Of a DNA stretch of 64,000 nt, positions 24,301 through 37,400 are shown in pieces. A program made the translations under genes and the position numbers. Positions within the stretch are counted from its first letter, which is position 1; every line of letters starts with the position of its first letter. The stretch comes from Antedon mediterranea (lineage: Eukaryota; Animalia; Echinodermata): contig NC_092679.1 of NCBI RefSeq assembly GCF_964355755.1, forward strand, positions 7,842,201 through 7,906,200, in the 5' to 3' direction. The notes beneath the pieces were generated by a model that saw only the letters and a list, made by a program, of their open reading frames with translations, did no database searches and had not been told where the DNA came from.

Positions 24301-26215
24301 GCATACAAGCAGAAGTGTGTAGCTTATACAGTTCAATTATATTACTGCTCTTTCCGTTATATCTTCATTTTTTAGATTCTGAACAGGTTCACTCATGGCA
24401 CTTGAACAAGTCAAAACGGGATTTAGAGCGACTCACTGAACTTTCTAAGGAATCAAAATTACTGAAAGAAGAGCAGAATAAATACAACGATATAATCTTT
24501 GTTGATGTTATTGATGTATACAGCAATATTCCATCAAAGCTTTTGAAATTTTATAAATGGTAATTAGGGACTTTTGTTGTTTTAGTTCATCCAACATAGA
24601 CATGTTATGGTAAAAAATCACCTATTTGCTGCTTGTAAATAAAAACAAAATAAAGCTCTGTCTACACTATTAAACTTTATGTGATGTGCCCATATTATAT
24701 TGATATGATGATGTTATCACTACCTTATTTGAGCACATCACACTTTGGACTTATTGTCTTATTCTTCAGGGTGTCCAACTCAATACAATTTAAATATATC
24801 ATGAAGGCAGATGATGATACCTTTGTTAATCCTTATACTTTGATAAAGGTGAGAATACTAACAAGTTTTATACAGTACTTACAGGTTGGTTTCCTTGTTA
24901 TTGGAAACTCAATTATTATACTTACTGGCCCTGGAATAAGCCTTGACAAGTTAGTCTAAGAGGTGGGCTTATGCCCGAGGTTCTGTATTTAAATCATTGA
25001 GATGAAATAACTGCACATATGGGGAGTGGGCTTATATTTGAGGACCAAAATGTAATTGGTGAGTGAGTGGCCGAGCGGTTAAGACAGTGGAACCGTAATT
25101 ACATCGGCAGGGGTTCGAGGCTCACTCACTCCATGGTTCTGGTGGTAGAACGAGTCTTCTCGGATAAGGACTATAAACCGTAGGTCCAGTGTACACAACT
25201 AGCTCGTGTGAACCTAGTACATCTTTCGAGACGAGTAGGGGGTTACCCCGGTGTATTGGTACATCACAGCCACTGATCACCAACTGGGCCCTCTGGGAGA
25301 CCAGTCTTTGACTGAAGAGGTTACCCAGTATAAATATATATTTCAATCAATCAAAAGTATTTCCTGTATATGTTCATTGAGATGAAAATAACTTCAAATA
25401 TGGGGAGTGGGCTTACATTCGAGGACCAAAATCTAATTGGTTATTTCTTGTATAGGTTCATTGAAATGAAAATAACTGCACATACTATGAAGTGTGGGCT
25501 TGTTTCGAGGATGTCTATGGTACTACAGTACAGGCTCATGTAATGCTTTTAATAAATGCAGTTTGTTGATTAGTTTTTAGATGAATATAATCTGAACGCA
25601 AGTTGGAGTTGGTGGGGAAGTTTTAGAAGAAATTGGAAGGTGAATCAATATGGCAAGTGGGCAGATTTTGAGTACAATTCGCTTACATATCCACCATTTG
25701 CTTGTGGCTCTGGAAACGTTCTCTCATCAGATCTTATAAGCTGGATTGCAAATAATGAATGGTAAATAAGATGACTTCTTTTAAAAATAATCTGCTACAA
25801 AAAGAATGTGAATCTTCTTGCCAATGTGATTTGATAGAGAATAAGTGCATATTTGATATGGGAAAACTTTTGGGTCACTTTCATATGCTTTCGCTACTGT
25901 AAATTTAAATATGTTATACTTACTCATTCACCTACAACTCTTTAATATGTGTCTTTTATTTTTCAAGGAAATATTTAAAAAAAAAAATAAAAAATATTTG
26001 TTTTTTATAGTTTCCTACATTGCTATCAAGGAGAAGATATTTCTGTCGGTATTTGGCTGGCTGCAGTGCGCCCTCATTATATTCACAACTCCGATTTCCT
26101 TTGTGACAATGGTTGCAACTCGGAAATGATACTATCTGCACAAAATTCCATAAATGATATTCTTGCCATGTGGGATAATTTATTAGCCTGTAAAAACCCT
26201 TGTAGGTGTTTTTAA
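21334..26215 (+). CDS. B3GALNT2: UDP-GalNAc:beta-1,3-N-acetylgalactosaminyltransferase 2 (GT31)
   Basis: N-terminal signal-anchor exon 21334-21424. Motifs VVGILSARENFVRRDVLRNTW, DVIDVYSNIPSKLLKFY, MKADDDTFV, YPPFACGSG, YQGEDISVGIWL and a C-terminal CKNPCRCF*. About 11 exons. Confidence 0.9.
21630..21862 (+). mobile_element. Helentron/HINE-like non-autonomous element
   Basis: Starts near TACCTCTGCC and ends with the hairpin TACCTCCTTGGCGGCGGTA followed by A-rich sequence, with a short AGAC/ACAC tract before it. Confidence 0.45.
21851..22270 (+). repeat. 60-bp tandem repeat, ~7 copies, B3GALNT2 intron 1
   Basis: GGCGGAGGTAAATAAAGGATTACTGAACACCGTATGTTCAACTTGTTAGAGTCTTGATTT repeated. Confidence 0.95.
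25059..25355 (+). mobile_element. tRNA-derived SINE with Deu/Nin central domain
   Basis: A-box TGGCCGAGCGG and B-box GGTTCGAGGCT. The core CGGATAAGGACTATAAACCGTAGGTCC...GAGTAGGGGGTTACCCCGGTGT resembles the DeuSINE domain. (TCAA)n tail. Confidence 0.8.
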
Positions 26216-26625
26216 ATTTATTTTTTATTTGATCAAACTAAGATATTGACATAATTTTGTTTCTTCTGTAACTTGTATAGAAAAGTATTTTAAAAGTTGT
26301 ATTTTTATAAATAAAACACATTTAACTAGAACATTAAATTCATGTAAATTATATAAAAACTGTCAAACTTGGAATCATAACAATTATTAAAAATGTACTG
26401 GGATGTCAAAAATATAATGTGAACCAAGTACTCCTTCAAAAAATGAGTACAATAAAAGGTAAATATTATTGAACTTTAAATATAAAACAGCAATACAAAT
26501 ATTGAACACTTAAATACAACCATCATAATTAATAACTTTTTAACTAACATTATAAAGCAATAAAATCCATTATTGAAATATCTATAATAATAATAAAGTT
26601 TATTTTTGCTTTCAAAGATAGTGGT

Positions 26626-29468
26626 TTACAATGTTTGTTTCTGTTCTGAGATAATTGAGCGTTCTCGCTGACTTCTATTGTACTCGTTCAGCTCACAAGC
26701 ACGTTCACTAAAACGGAAAGTGGCAAAATTAGTTTTTGAGTGAACTTGCAACTGAATACTAAAATGTCATTAGGTTAGTTATAGCTGCCGTTTTAATATT
26801 TTAAACAATCATGGTTCCCAAACACATTCATTTTCTTACCTATACAGTGTCTTGTATTCTGTTGGGAAGTCTTTCCAAGTTTTTCCCAACAATCTTGTAA
26901 TTTCTCTTCCTTCAATCTCAGGCCAGCAACTAAAATAAGTTAAAAACAAAACATGTTTACAGTAGAAATAAAAAAAAATTTAAACTATAACAAATTTTTT
27001 TACAAATATTAGTATTTAATTTCATACCTTCGAAATTTATGATGGTTAATTTTTGTAAATAGTTGATAACCATTAATCCAAGATCTGCTGTTTACGGATG
27101 AATCTTGTGATGTGGAGAGGTGACTTAGCTTTGGACCATTGATAAGTCTAAGTACTTGCTCAATACTGTTTGGTAGTTGTATAGTCGCACCACTTCCATC
27201 TAATGGTATTGTTGGAATTGTCTCGCGTGTAAACATCACATCATTTTCAATCCAATTAATGCAAAATTCATCTTCATCACTGTCTGTATCTTCGTCAAAT
27301 ACAACTGATGAATTTGTAGACATTTCAACAACAGCATTGGGACTGAAATCCTTCATTGATTTTGCTTTTTTATCTGATATTGGTATGAACTTTTCTGTTG
27401 TGCCAAAGGGTTCTTTTAGTATGACTTCATTTATGACACTGACTGGATTGTAAGATTCTTCAGGTAATCCTACTGCTGTTACAGCTGTTAAAATATCATC
27501 TTGAGTTAAGATACCATGTGTCCTGTGATCTTCTCTCAACTGATCATAGGCTGGTAACAGAATTTCATCAGATTTCAATGACAAATCATCATCTTGAGAG
27601 GCTATCATCTCATCTGACATTTGAGTACTGGCGCAGCTTCCTGACCAAAAGCTTGGATTGGTATTTGTAAAAGAGCTAGTACTTGAAGTTGGACTTGAAC
27701 TGCAATCTGAAACCGGATTTGGATTATTTTTGTAGTGTTGTGAGTTTGTTACATCAGATTGATTCTCATCACTTAAGTTCGTACTCATCTGTTTAGTAGT
27801 CGTTAAATCTTGGAGGTTACTTTTTATCTGAATATTATTTGGTACATCAGTTGCCTGTCGTTTTTTAGTCTTTAAATGATCCACTCCACATGATGATGTC
27901 ATCGGAAGGACATTGAAAACATAAGATGGCGCTATCACTGCTTTACTAACCATTAGTGGTATTGGTACTCCATGATTATCAGGATTTTGAAAACCTGCTG
28001 GAATGTTTGGCCGCATGATTGGTGGATAAGTATAGTCTGAAAAAATATATGAATAAAATAAATGTAAAAGATTCAATTAATTAAGAATGCTAAGTAAATA
28101 AATCTATTGCTTAAAGATAAAATTACTGTAGTTTGAAATTATATTTATGGAGATTACCGTATATGATTTAGTATAGTCACTCACATGGGATTGATATACT
28201 GTACTGGTTATATGGGTAACAATACAATTATAGTGAATAGTACAAAAACAATGGTAGAATTTTATACCAGCTGAAGCTTTTGCAGATGTTGACCAGTGCA
28301 TTCTAGAACCACCTGGAATGTCATGCCTGGATTTGCAAATTGGTGGCAAGACGGGCAGTTTGTGGCCTAATAACTCTTCCATAACTTCATTAGAAAATGG
28401 CGTATATGCTGGAACTGAGCACTTCTTTTCACCTATTTTACAAAATAAACATATTTCAGTATAATATAGTAGTACTGTACTACTTTTTAGTTATTGTATA
28501 ATATCAAAACAGATTAGAAGAATATGCCCATTTTTATACTATATGTATTGTATTCAATTTATTTATTCACACTATTTAGCAATGATTGTAATGTGTAGTC
28601 TAAAAATTTACTACCTTGAGTATTATTAAATGGTTTATCAAATACTGCTAGACCGCCAACAAAATCAGACTGCATATCCAATTCATAGCTTAATAATGAG
28701 ATCTTCGTTTTCAAGTAATCCATATAGGCACTTGCTCGATGGAGAACATTGTACTACAGTATAAAGAAACAATTTTATAAATATTGTTGTGTTAAATACA
28801 TGCAACTTTTATCTATGTTGGTGCTCTGCTTACCTTGGTTTCATTCTTTGATGGTTCTCCCTGGGGGTATGGTATTGTTTTGACAATCTCTTTAATTGCA
28901 AGATTTAGATTATGATGTCGGAATCTAAATTAAAGTAAACATACTAATGATCATCACTAATTATTATTGTTTTTTTTTTATATTTGGTTGTCAAATATTC
29001 TTAATCCCACATGAGGCAATTTAAATAACAGGACTGAAGGATAATCAAAGTAGGCCTACCATAAATATAATCAATAAAACACAACAAAAACATTAAACAC
29101 AACATAATAAAATTCCATAAATTAATTCATAATATTGTTAAAATAAATCATTTTCCACTTTTATTTAACTGAGTCTTATACCAGTTTGCAACAAAGGAAT
29201 TCCATTTTTGTTAATAACTGGTTTTAGTTGATTAATCAATTTGATTTCAACAAAAAACATTCAAATCTATTTAGTCAGCAAGAATGCAAACTACATCAAT
29301 TAGTTGACAAGTACCATACCTTTCATTCATTCGATGTTGTTCTTTTCTATCTTCATTTGCCATTTGTTTTTTGCGAGACCTTGGTGAAGTTTCATGGTAT
29401 TTCAGAGGATTCCGGGGGTCTACAATCACCCTGTAAGGTTGGATTTTACCATGGTTACCTTCATGCAT
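26626..29468 (-). CDS. bHLH + HMG-box transcription factor, MEIOSIN(BHMG1)/STRA8-like
   Basis: Exons ~29320-29468, 28834-28924, 28615-28753, 28268-28432, 27028-28037, 26840-26928 and 26626-26707. Spliced bHLH: EQHRMNERFRHHNLNLAIKEIVKTIP...ETKYNVLHRASAYMDYL. C-terminal HMG box: RSWINGYQLFTKINHHKFRSCWPEIEGREITRLLGKTWKDFPTEYKTLY. Ser/acidic linker between them. Confidence 0.75.
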
Positions 29469-29509
29469 TTTCTAAGTTACTTGGACCTATGATGGAATTT
29501 AAAAAAAGT

Positions 29510-30030
29510 AATTGAATTAATTCAATTCAATTCAATTCAAAATTCTTTAATCATCCCACACGGGGCAATTCAAATAAAAAGGTCTGGATTAAAATGATCT
29601 TACAAAATATCACAATACACAGTACAAAAAAAAAGAGTAAAGGTTCAAGAATTTAAGAGTTGAATAGCCGCTGGCAAAAACGAATTCCTTTTCCGGTTTG
29701 TTCTACATGCCGGGCATCGAAAGCGACGCCCATGAGGTTTGAGCTCTGAGCTCGAAGTCACTGAACAAGGCATGGTTAATATTTTTTAGAATAGCTCTAC
29801 TTTTTTCTAGAGTTTGCATGTCACAGAAAGAAGATAAGCTACGAAGTTGACAACTATTAATTTAGAACTTAAGTTAACAATTCTTTGTAGTGAGTTTTTC
29901 TCTTTGACCCTAAGACTAATAAAAAACCAGCATATAAAGGAAAAAGTTAAAACGTTCTCAATAAAGGAATTATAAAAAACCCTAAGAATTACTTTATCGA
30001 CAATTAAAATGGTTCAGCTTCCTTAACAGA
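29510..30030 (-). mobile_element. Rex1/Babar-like LINE 3' fragment
   Basis: Minus strand encodes a degraded ...VFYNSFIENVLTFSFICWF...CRTNRKRNSFLPAAIQLLNS. (TTGAA)n tail at ~29510-29540. Confidence 0.75.
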
Positions 30031-31201
30031 TAAAGGAAGGAAATAATAATATTTAGCCTAGGCCTAGACTTACTACTTACTACCCTAGGCTACTACTATA
30101 GTATAGTACTACGGGCATTTGTCACAACAGGCCTATCTTCATTTTTGTGAGATATAGTCTAGGTTTAGGCTAGGCCTGGGCCTAGCTAGCTAGCCTAGGC
30201 CCCTAGCTAGCCTAGGCTAGGCCTAATTATTAAACACGTTTTTCTAGTAGGCTTCCTTATTAGGCTAGGCCTAGCCTAGCTACTACTACTATACTAGGAG
30301 GTATTAGACTGTAGTAGCCTAACTAACTAAGTAGGTAGGCTTCCCAATACTTCAAATCAAATCAAACATGCAGAATTATTAACTAATAATAATACAGTAA
30401 TAATAGTACCTTAAATAGTAAGAATATTACCCTAAATGAAAATGATCCAGAGCCGAAGGGGTATAGTAGGCGGCACACTCTAGGCCTAGGCCTGGCTAGT
30501 CGAAGATCGAGTAGGTAAAGGTGTTGGTCATGTGATATGTGTACAAAAAAAACACGCCGACGGCGGAGAGGAGACACCCCCCCGAGTTTTGTGTCAATAC
30601 CTTGATGGTGATTGGCTGGAAGTTTAGCCGTTTTGAATGTATGTTGTGCACGTGTGGCGGCGGCTAATAATTAAATAATGTCAGTAGAACTAGTAGTACC
30701 CCATACACTTTTACCATCAAAATGTGACCATAAATGGAATATACTACACCATGGAGCATTCTACTACTTACTACATTACTACTGTCAACTACTGTTGTAA
30801 TCATGGATTACATAATTACACCAAAGAATGATATTTTTTACATAAAATAAATATAAACAAAATTGTACATTGAGGGCAGTCTTTGTTTTTGATGGGGCAG
30901 CATCATGTGTGTGCATGTTAACGCTATCTTGTTTGGCTATATTTTGTTAACAGCTGATACTGAAGTTGAACGTATTATTTTTGTATTTGTTAATAGAATA
31001 CTGTATTAGTTATTCTATATTAATATATTATAATTACGTAAGTAAGATTCTAATGTTACTATGCCTAGGCCCTATTGTAGAAGTTACTAGCCAAGCCTCT
31101 TCTTAGGCCATAGAATTATAGATAGTAGGCCTAGCCTCTAGGCCTACTAGTAACTAGTACAGTAATAATAGCCTATCTAGTAGTAGTAGGCCTCCTTTTA
31201 A

Positions 31202-34200
31202 TGGAGTATGGTCGAAGCGGCCGTAAACCAAAGCGGCCGCCAGTTTAATATCGTCATTTTTATGGAACGCCATGTGCGCTTTAATCTTTGATAGTCGTTG
31301 TCAACGCCATGGCCTATGATGGCGAGTTGAGTTACAGCTGTATGTATGGTCAAACAAATAAATTAAATATATAAGCCAAATCATGTACTATCGAATATTT
31401 ATATTTCTATAATAATTAAGTTTGCCTGCCGTTAAATCAATGTATATTTTATTTGTATTTTAATATTAACTAACTAAATATATTTACATACTATTACTAT
31501 CGAATCATTAATAATTTACTAATTTCTCTTTTTTTAAATACATTGGCAGCGAAGGGGAAAAGTAACGTTGAACTGACGGTATTGCCGAATCTTTATATCT
31601 CATTTACATACTATCGAATCTTTATACAGTATGTTGTTAACGTTTTCCGTCTTCCGACATTACGCTTTCCACAATTTGTTTCCATTTTTTTCTGTTTATG
31701 GCAGGATGGTTTGTTATTGTGTTTGTGTCTACTAGTCCTTGTAAGTCTTTCTTTATTTGATTCATCCAGTTATTTCTTGGTCTTCCTACGGGTCGTTTTA
31801 CTTTCCTGTTAGTTTCCTTCATTGTTTGTTTGATTGGGGTATGATCCGGTAATCTAATTATGTGTCCATACCATTTTAGTCTCCTTCGTTTAATTCTTTT
31901 ACTCCATTCTTCTTGTTTTGTTATCCCGTATATTTTCGTGTTACACACTCTATCTGTTAATTTAATATCTATCATCTTTCGCAACATTTTCCTGTGATAT
32001 ATATCTATACTCTCTTGTAATTTTTTGTTTAGTACCCAGAGTTCACTGTTATATAAGAAAATACTTGCTATGTATGCGTTAAACAAACAGGATTTCACGT
32101 CTAAAGACATCGTCGTTGTGTTCTAGCGACGACTTCAGCTTGTTATATGCCATAGCTGCTAGTGATTTTCTTCTTTTAATGTCTTTTTCTGTGTCCAAGT
32201 TACTACCGAGGTAGTTGCATTCTTCCCATTTACTATCGGTGTTTCTTCCTATTTACTATCGGTGTTTCTTCCTATTAGGTATTCTTCTGTTTTACTTTCG
32301 TTTATCTTTAGATTGAATTCTGCTAATTTCTCTGTTACATTTTTCTTTATTTTAGTTATGTGTTCTTTTGAGTCGCTAATAAATGAAATGTCATCTGCAT
32401 ACTGCATCTGGATATTAAGCTATTGTAGGGGTAGTGGTGTTGTGTTTGCTGATTCGAGTGCCTTTGCTAGGTATAGTGTGAACAGTATCGGAGACATACA
32501 GTCACCTTGTGGTACTCCTAGTGTAGTAGTAAACAATTTTCCTGTCTGTTTTCCAATTCGAACGCTTAATTTTACATTGTTTATCAAAACTTTCAACATG
32601 TGTAGTTCATCATCTTGTAATATATGTGCCAGTATGTCGAATAGAGTATTCCTCCGCACAGTGTTAAATGCACTGGTCATGTCAAGTACTGTAGTAGTAA
32701 TATTATTTCATAGTTAGATGACGCAATTGCCTTTTCTGCTAACATTTTGCATGTATGTACATGTTCGGTAGTGCTTCGTCCTCTGCGATACGCGGCCTGT
32801 GTTACAGGGACATGTTCATCTAATCTGTCGTTTATCCTATTAAGTAAGCATATTGCTAGCATTTTCCTAAGAACCGACAGAAGGATGATGGGTCGGATGT
32901 TTTTTGGTGGACCTTTTTTCTTGCCTGGTTTCGGTATTGGATGCAATATGCCTTCGTTAATTTCTTTAGGTATGTTTCCTGTTTTAGCTGTTTGGTTATA
33001 TATTTCTGCTATGTGGTATTATACAGTATTGCAATAATAATTTACGTTACGGTATTGCCGAATCTTTATATCTCATTTACATCGAATCTTTATACAGTAT
33101 TGCAATAATAATTTACGTACGGTATTGCCGAATCTATATATCTCATTTACATACTATCGAATCTTCATACAGTATTGCATTAATAATTTACGTACGACAT
33201 ATTGCCGAATCTTTATATCTCATTTACATACTATCGAATCTTTATACAGTATTGCATTAATAATTTACGTACGGTATTGCCGAATCTTTATATCTCATTT
33301 ACATCGAATCTTTATACAGTATTGCAATAATAATTTACGTACGGTATTGCCGAATCTTTATATCTCATTTACATCGAATCTTCATACAGTATTGCATTAA
33401 TAATTTACGTACGATATTGCCGAATCTTTATATCTCATTTACATACTATCAAATCTTGGTTTTTATTATTAGTAATAGGGTGTGTTATACATTTAAGTGT
33501 TATTCCATTGTAATACATTGTTTGTGTTTTCAATAAAGCAACGTGGAGACGAAAACGCGACCTTCTACAGCACTATTCCTGACCGGCCGCCAGTCGGGTT
33601 ATTAGCAGAAATTCGCGTAATTAATTACCGTACCGTACAGACACTTGCATCTTATTATTTTATTATTTAAATTGATCAATATTTATATATCTGAAGGTAT
33701 AAAACAATTTAGGATATTAAATAAATAAGTTGATGTCATCATGTTATTGTAATTAAATTATGTTTGCGAACACGTACTACTTACAGTAGTTACTTTACTA
33801 AAATATTAATATACAATATTAACAAATATATATATTTTGATATACTTTATGGAAATTATATATATATTATTCTTAATAATTGGCTTATTATATATTATAT
33901 TAATATACAATACAAACACCACAATGTATTTTATTGACTTTATTAAACATATATATCATTTAGAACAGTTAAAGTAAGTAATTAAAAGAACGTATCACAT
34001 TCAATCTGTAAAAAAAGAGAATAAATTACATAATATTAATAATGTAGTATTGTTATTTACGTCCGAGGAAAAGAAAACCTGTCGAAACAATGACAATCAA
34101 AAATGACAAAACAACGACAATCAAAGCGCACACGGCGTTCCATACAAATTACCTTATTGAACTAGCGGCCGCTTTGGTTGGCGGCCGCTTCGACCGTAAT

Positions 34201-34206
34201 CCCTTT
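31202..34206. mobile_element. Non-autonomous TIR transposon (TTAA-flanked) with internal ~70-bp tandem repeats
   Basis: TIRs GGTCGAAGCGGCCG..ACCAAAGCGGCCGC / GCGGCCGCTTTGGT..CGGCCGCTTCGACC, with TTAA on both sides. ACGGTATTGCCGAATCTTTATATCTC repeats at ~31576 and 33050-33455. Confidence 0.7.
31633..33018 (-). mobile_element. 5'-truncated RTE-clade LINE (reverse transcriptase pseudogene)
   Basis: RT motifs RPIILLSVLRK, GVPQGDCMSP, QYADD and RRLKWYGHIIR...KRPVGRPR, broken by stops and frameshifts. TSD TTATACAGTAT at 31622-31632 and 33019-33029. Confidence 0.9.
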
Positions 34207-34457
34207 TAATTTCACTCTCTTCTGCTGGCACTACCGTCGCGTCGTATCCGCGTGCATGGATGTACTAATCATAACTTAAGCCTACTGTAGTTCCATTTAA
34301 AATACTAGTAAGAAGCTTATTATATTAGCTATGGCTATAATAATTTATAAAACGTTATTTTGGTCACGACTCACATTACATGGTTATTATATAAATTATA
34401 TATTGCTTTCATTTTACTACACAGTACAGTTCCATCCAGTACACAGTGTTTGCCAAG

Positions 34458-37400
34458 ATGTCTCATGGGTTAGATGATATTGAAGACATTGTCTCGCTTG
34501 AAGATATAACACCAAATGAGAGGTTTACTAACAAAACAGATGTGATTCCAAAGTTATCTAAGAAACGTCATAATGTATCACCACAACAAGAGGAATTAGT
34601 GGCAGACAGGTATTACTTACAAACAAACAAACAAACAAGCAATTTCATATTAAAATTATTTTATGATTGGCTAAATAAAATTAAATACTACATCATACAG
34701 CATAAATTTGTTTGTTGATATGTTATTTTAGCCATCACCCTGATCAAATAAAACTGACCTAAATATGTTCTTAAATTGCATACTTATGTTTAATTCAAGT
34801 ATTGTCCCAGGTACTCAGAAGATTTATGTGAAGACTTGGGGCTGCTCACATAACAATTCAGATGGAGAGTATATGGCAGGACAACTGGCTACTTATGGGT
34901 ACAATATCACAGGTAAAGCCTGACGATTTTACAGAAGAAGTTGATTAAAAACAAGGTTAAAAATCGTTGGAATCTGCAATTGTTACAAAAATTATAGAGC
35001 ATAGATTACATGAAAAACATGTAAAAACCCGTAACTTTTAAAATTTCATGCGGGCCCTGCTGCGCGTTGCCGGCCTTGGTTTTCCAACACTTCACGTCCG
35101 TGTGTCCCAGCAACCATCAGAAATCGAAGAAACTAAGAACAATTGCATAAAAATGTGTAAATATTAGCGGTCCAGCTTGATCATCAAAATCGTTACTTAT
35201 TTTCAACTTTAATGATTTAAAAATGTGTAATGTTGACAGGAAAACAAACTTAAGCTTGTATTAGGATAGTATGTAATATGTTTCTCACATAAATATAAGT
35301 TTCACAACAACATTAAAAAAGTAAACTTATATACCTGTGAAGGAAATTCTAAAATGATATGTACCATAAAAGTTTCAATTGCGTTTTATAGATAAGGCTG
35401 ATGATGCAGACCTTTGGCTGTTAAACAGCTGCACTGTGAAAAACCCAGCTGAAGATCACTTTCGTAATGAAGTAAAAAAAGCACAGAAAAGTGGAAAACA
35501 CTTGGTTGTATCTGGATGCGTACCTCAAGCTCAGCCACGCATGGAATACATTAATGGTGTTAGTATCGTAGGAGTTCAACAGATTGACCGTGTAGTAGAA
35601 GTTGTTGAAGAAACGTTAAAAGGTAAATCATACTTTACAAGTTAGATATGGTTACAACCAAAAGGTTCAAGTATGTAATTTTAATGACGATATATCGTAC
35701 AACTAACAAATGTCTATGAAATAAGACTATAGCAGAACTCAATGCATAACATAACTAAATAACTTTTTTTTCAGGTCACACAGTTCGATTGTTGGGTCAG
35801 AAGAAAGCAGCAGGAAAAAAAATTGGAGGAGCTTCTTTAAATTTACCAAAAATTCGAAAAAACCCACTAATTGAAATAATTGCTATAAATACAGGGTAAA
35901 TCCATTTCAAATCAAGTTTCAGAAATATCCTTTTCAAAATTGGACAACTAAAAGTAGAGAGTACAAATATGAACAATTTTTGATTAATTACAGATGTTTG
36001 AACCAGTGTACATACTGTAAAACAAAGTATGCCCGAGGAGAATTGGGTAGTTATCAACCTCAAGAAATTGTGGACAGAGCTAAACAATCTTTTCAAGGTA
36101 AGTTGCATCACTGTTTATAATACATTTGCAACAACACTGTATAATTTTAATGGCATCATTGATTGTGATCAAACTGTGAACTTTTCACCAATAGAGGGCG
36201 TTTGTGAAATATGGTTAACAAGTGAAGATCTAGGTGCATATGGAAAAGATATTGGAGTGACTATTGTAGAGTTACTATGGCAACTTGTGGAGGTTATACC
36301 TGAGGGTTGTATGATGAGGATAGGCATGACTAATCCACCTTATATACTGGAACATTTAGAGGTAAGATTGTTTGGTCAATTTTGAATTAATAGTTAAATT
36401 TTATCCTGGATTTTGCATATGATTCTGACTTTTAAAATTATTTTTAGTCTATCAGTAAAATATTATCACATCCAAGAGTTTATTCATTCCTACACGTACC
36501 AGTTCAATCCGGATCAGATTGTGTCTTGGCTGATATGAAGAGGGAATATACAGTAGATGATTTTAGACAAGTTGCAGACTTCTTAAAAGAAAGGTAAATT
36601 GACGTCAAGCTTTCAAAGGATACTGAATAAATACAGCACTTAAAATATCAAATATGATTTTTTTTCATTCATGAAATATAGTTTAAAGTGCAATGCTACT
36701 ATATTTGTGTACTTATTTACTTTTCTATAATTGGATCATCAAGAAGAAAACCACATTTAAATTATTTGTTAATTCCAACAGAGTTTCTGGTGTTACAATT
36801 GCCACTGATGTGATATGCGGATTCCCAACAGAAACAGTGGAGGTAGTAAAAATACACAAGTTTATATTTTTAATCATGTTCTGTAGCTCACTGTCATAGA
36901 TTTACTGTAGTAATAAATCAGATTCAGATTTTAATACCATTTTGTTAATTTTTACAGGACTTTAAAGGCACTCTGAAATTGATTGAGGATTATAAGTTTC
37001 CTAGTTTATTCATCAATCAGTTCTTTCCTAGGCCTGCTACACCTGCTGCTAAAATGCATCAAGTCCCTGCTAGTGAGGTATAATATTTAAATACCATACT
37101 CCATGGCTTTATTAACACTTTGACTGCCAAACACGAAGATCTTCGTTTTTGGAAACACAACGCTTGACTGCCAAACACGAAGATCTTCGTTTTTCGCGTT
37201 TTTTTACGAAATCTGGTAGATAGGTTAATTATTGGTATATACTATAAATATGAACACTATATTCGGTCTGGACCATAAATATTTTACAATTTGAAAGTAA
37301 CTAATCTGGTTAGGAACGACTGTCAAAATGGTACCTGTCGAAATAACAAACACCGCGCATCACAGTAGCGCGTACAGCGATGGCTTGGCGCATTGTGTAT

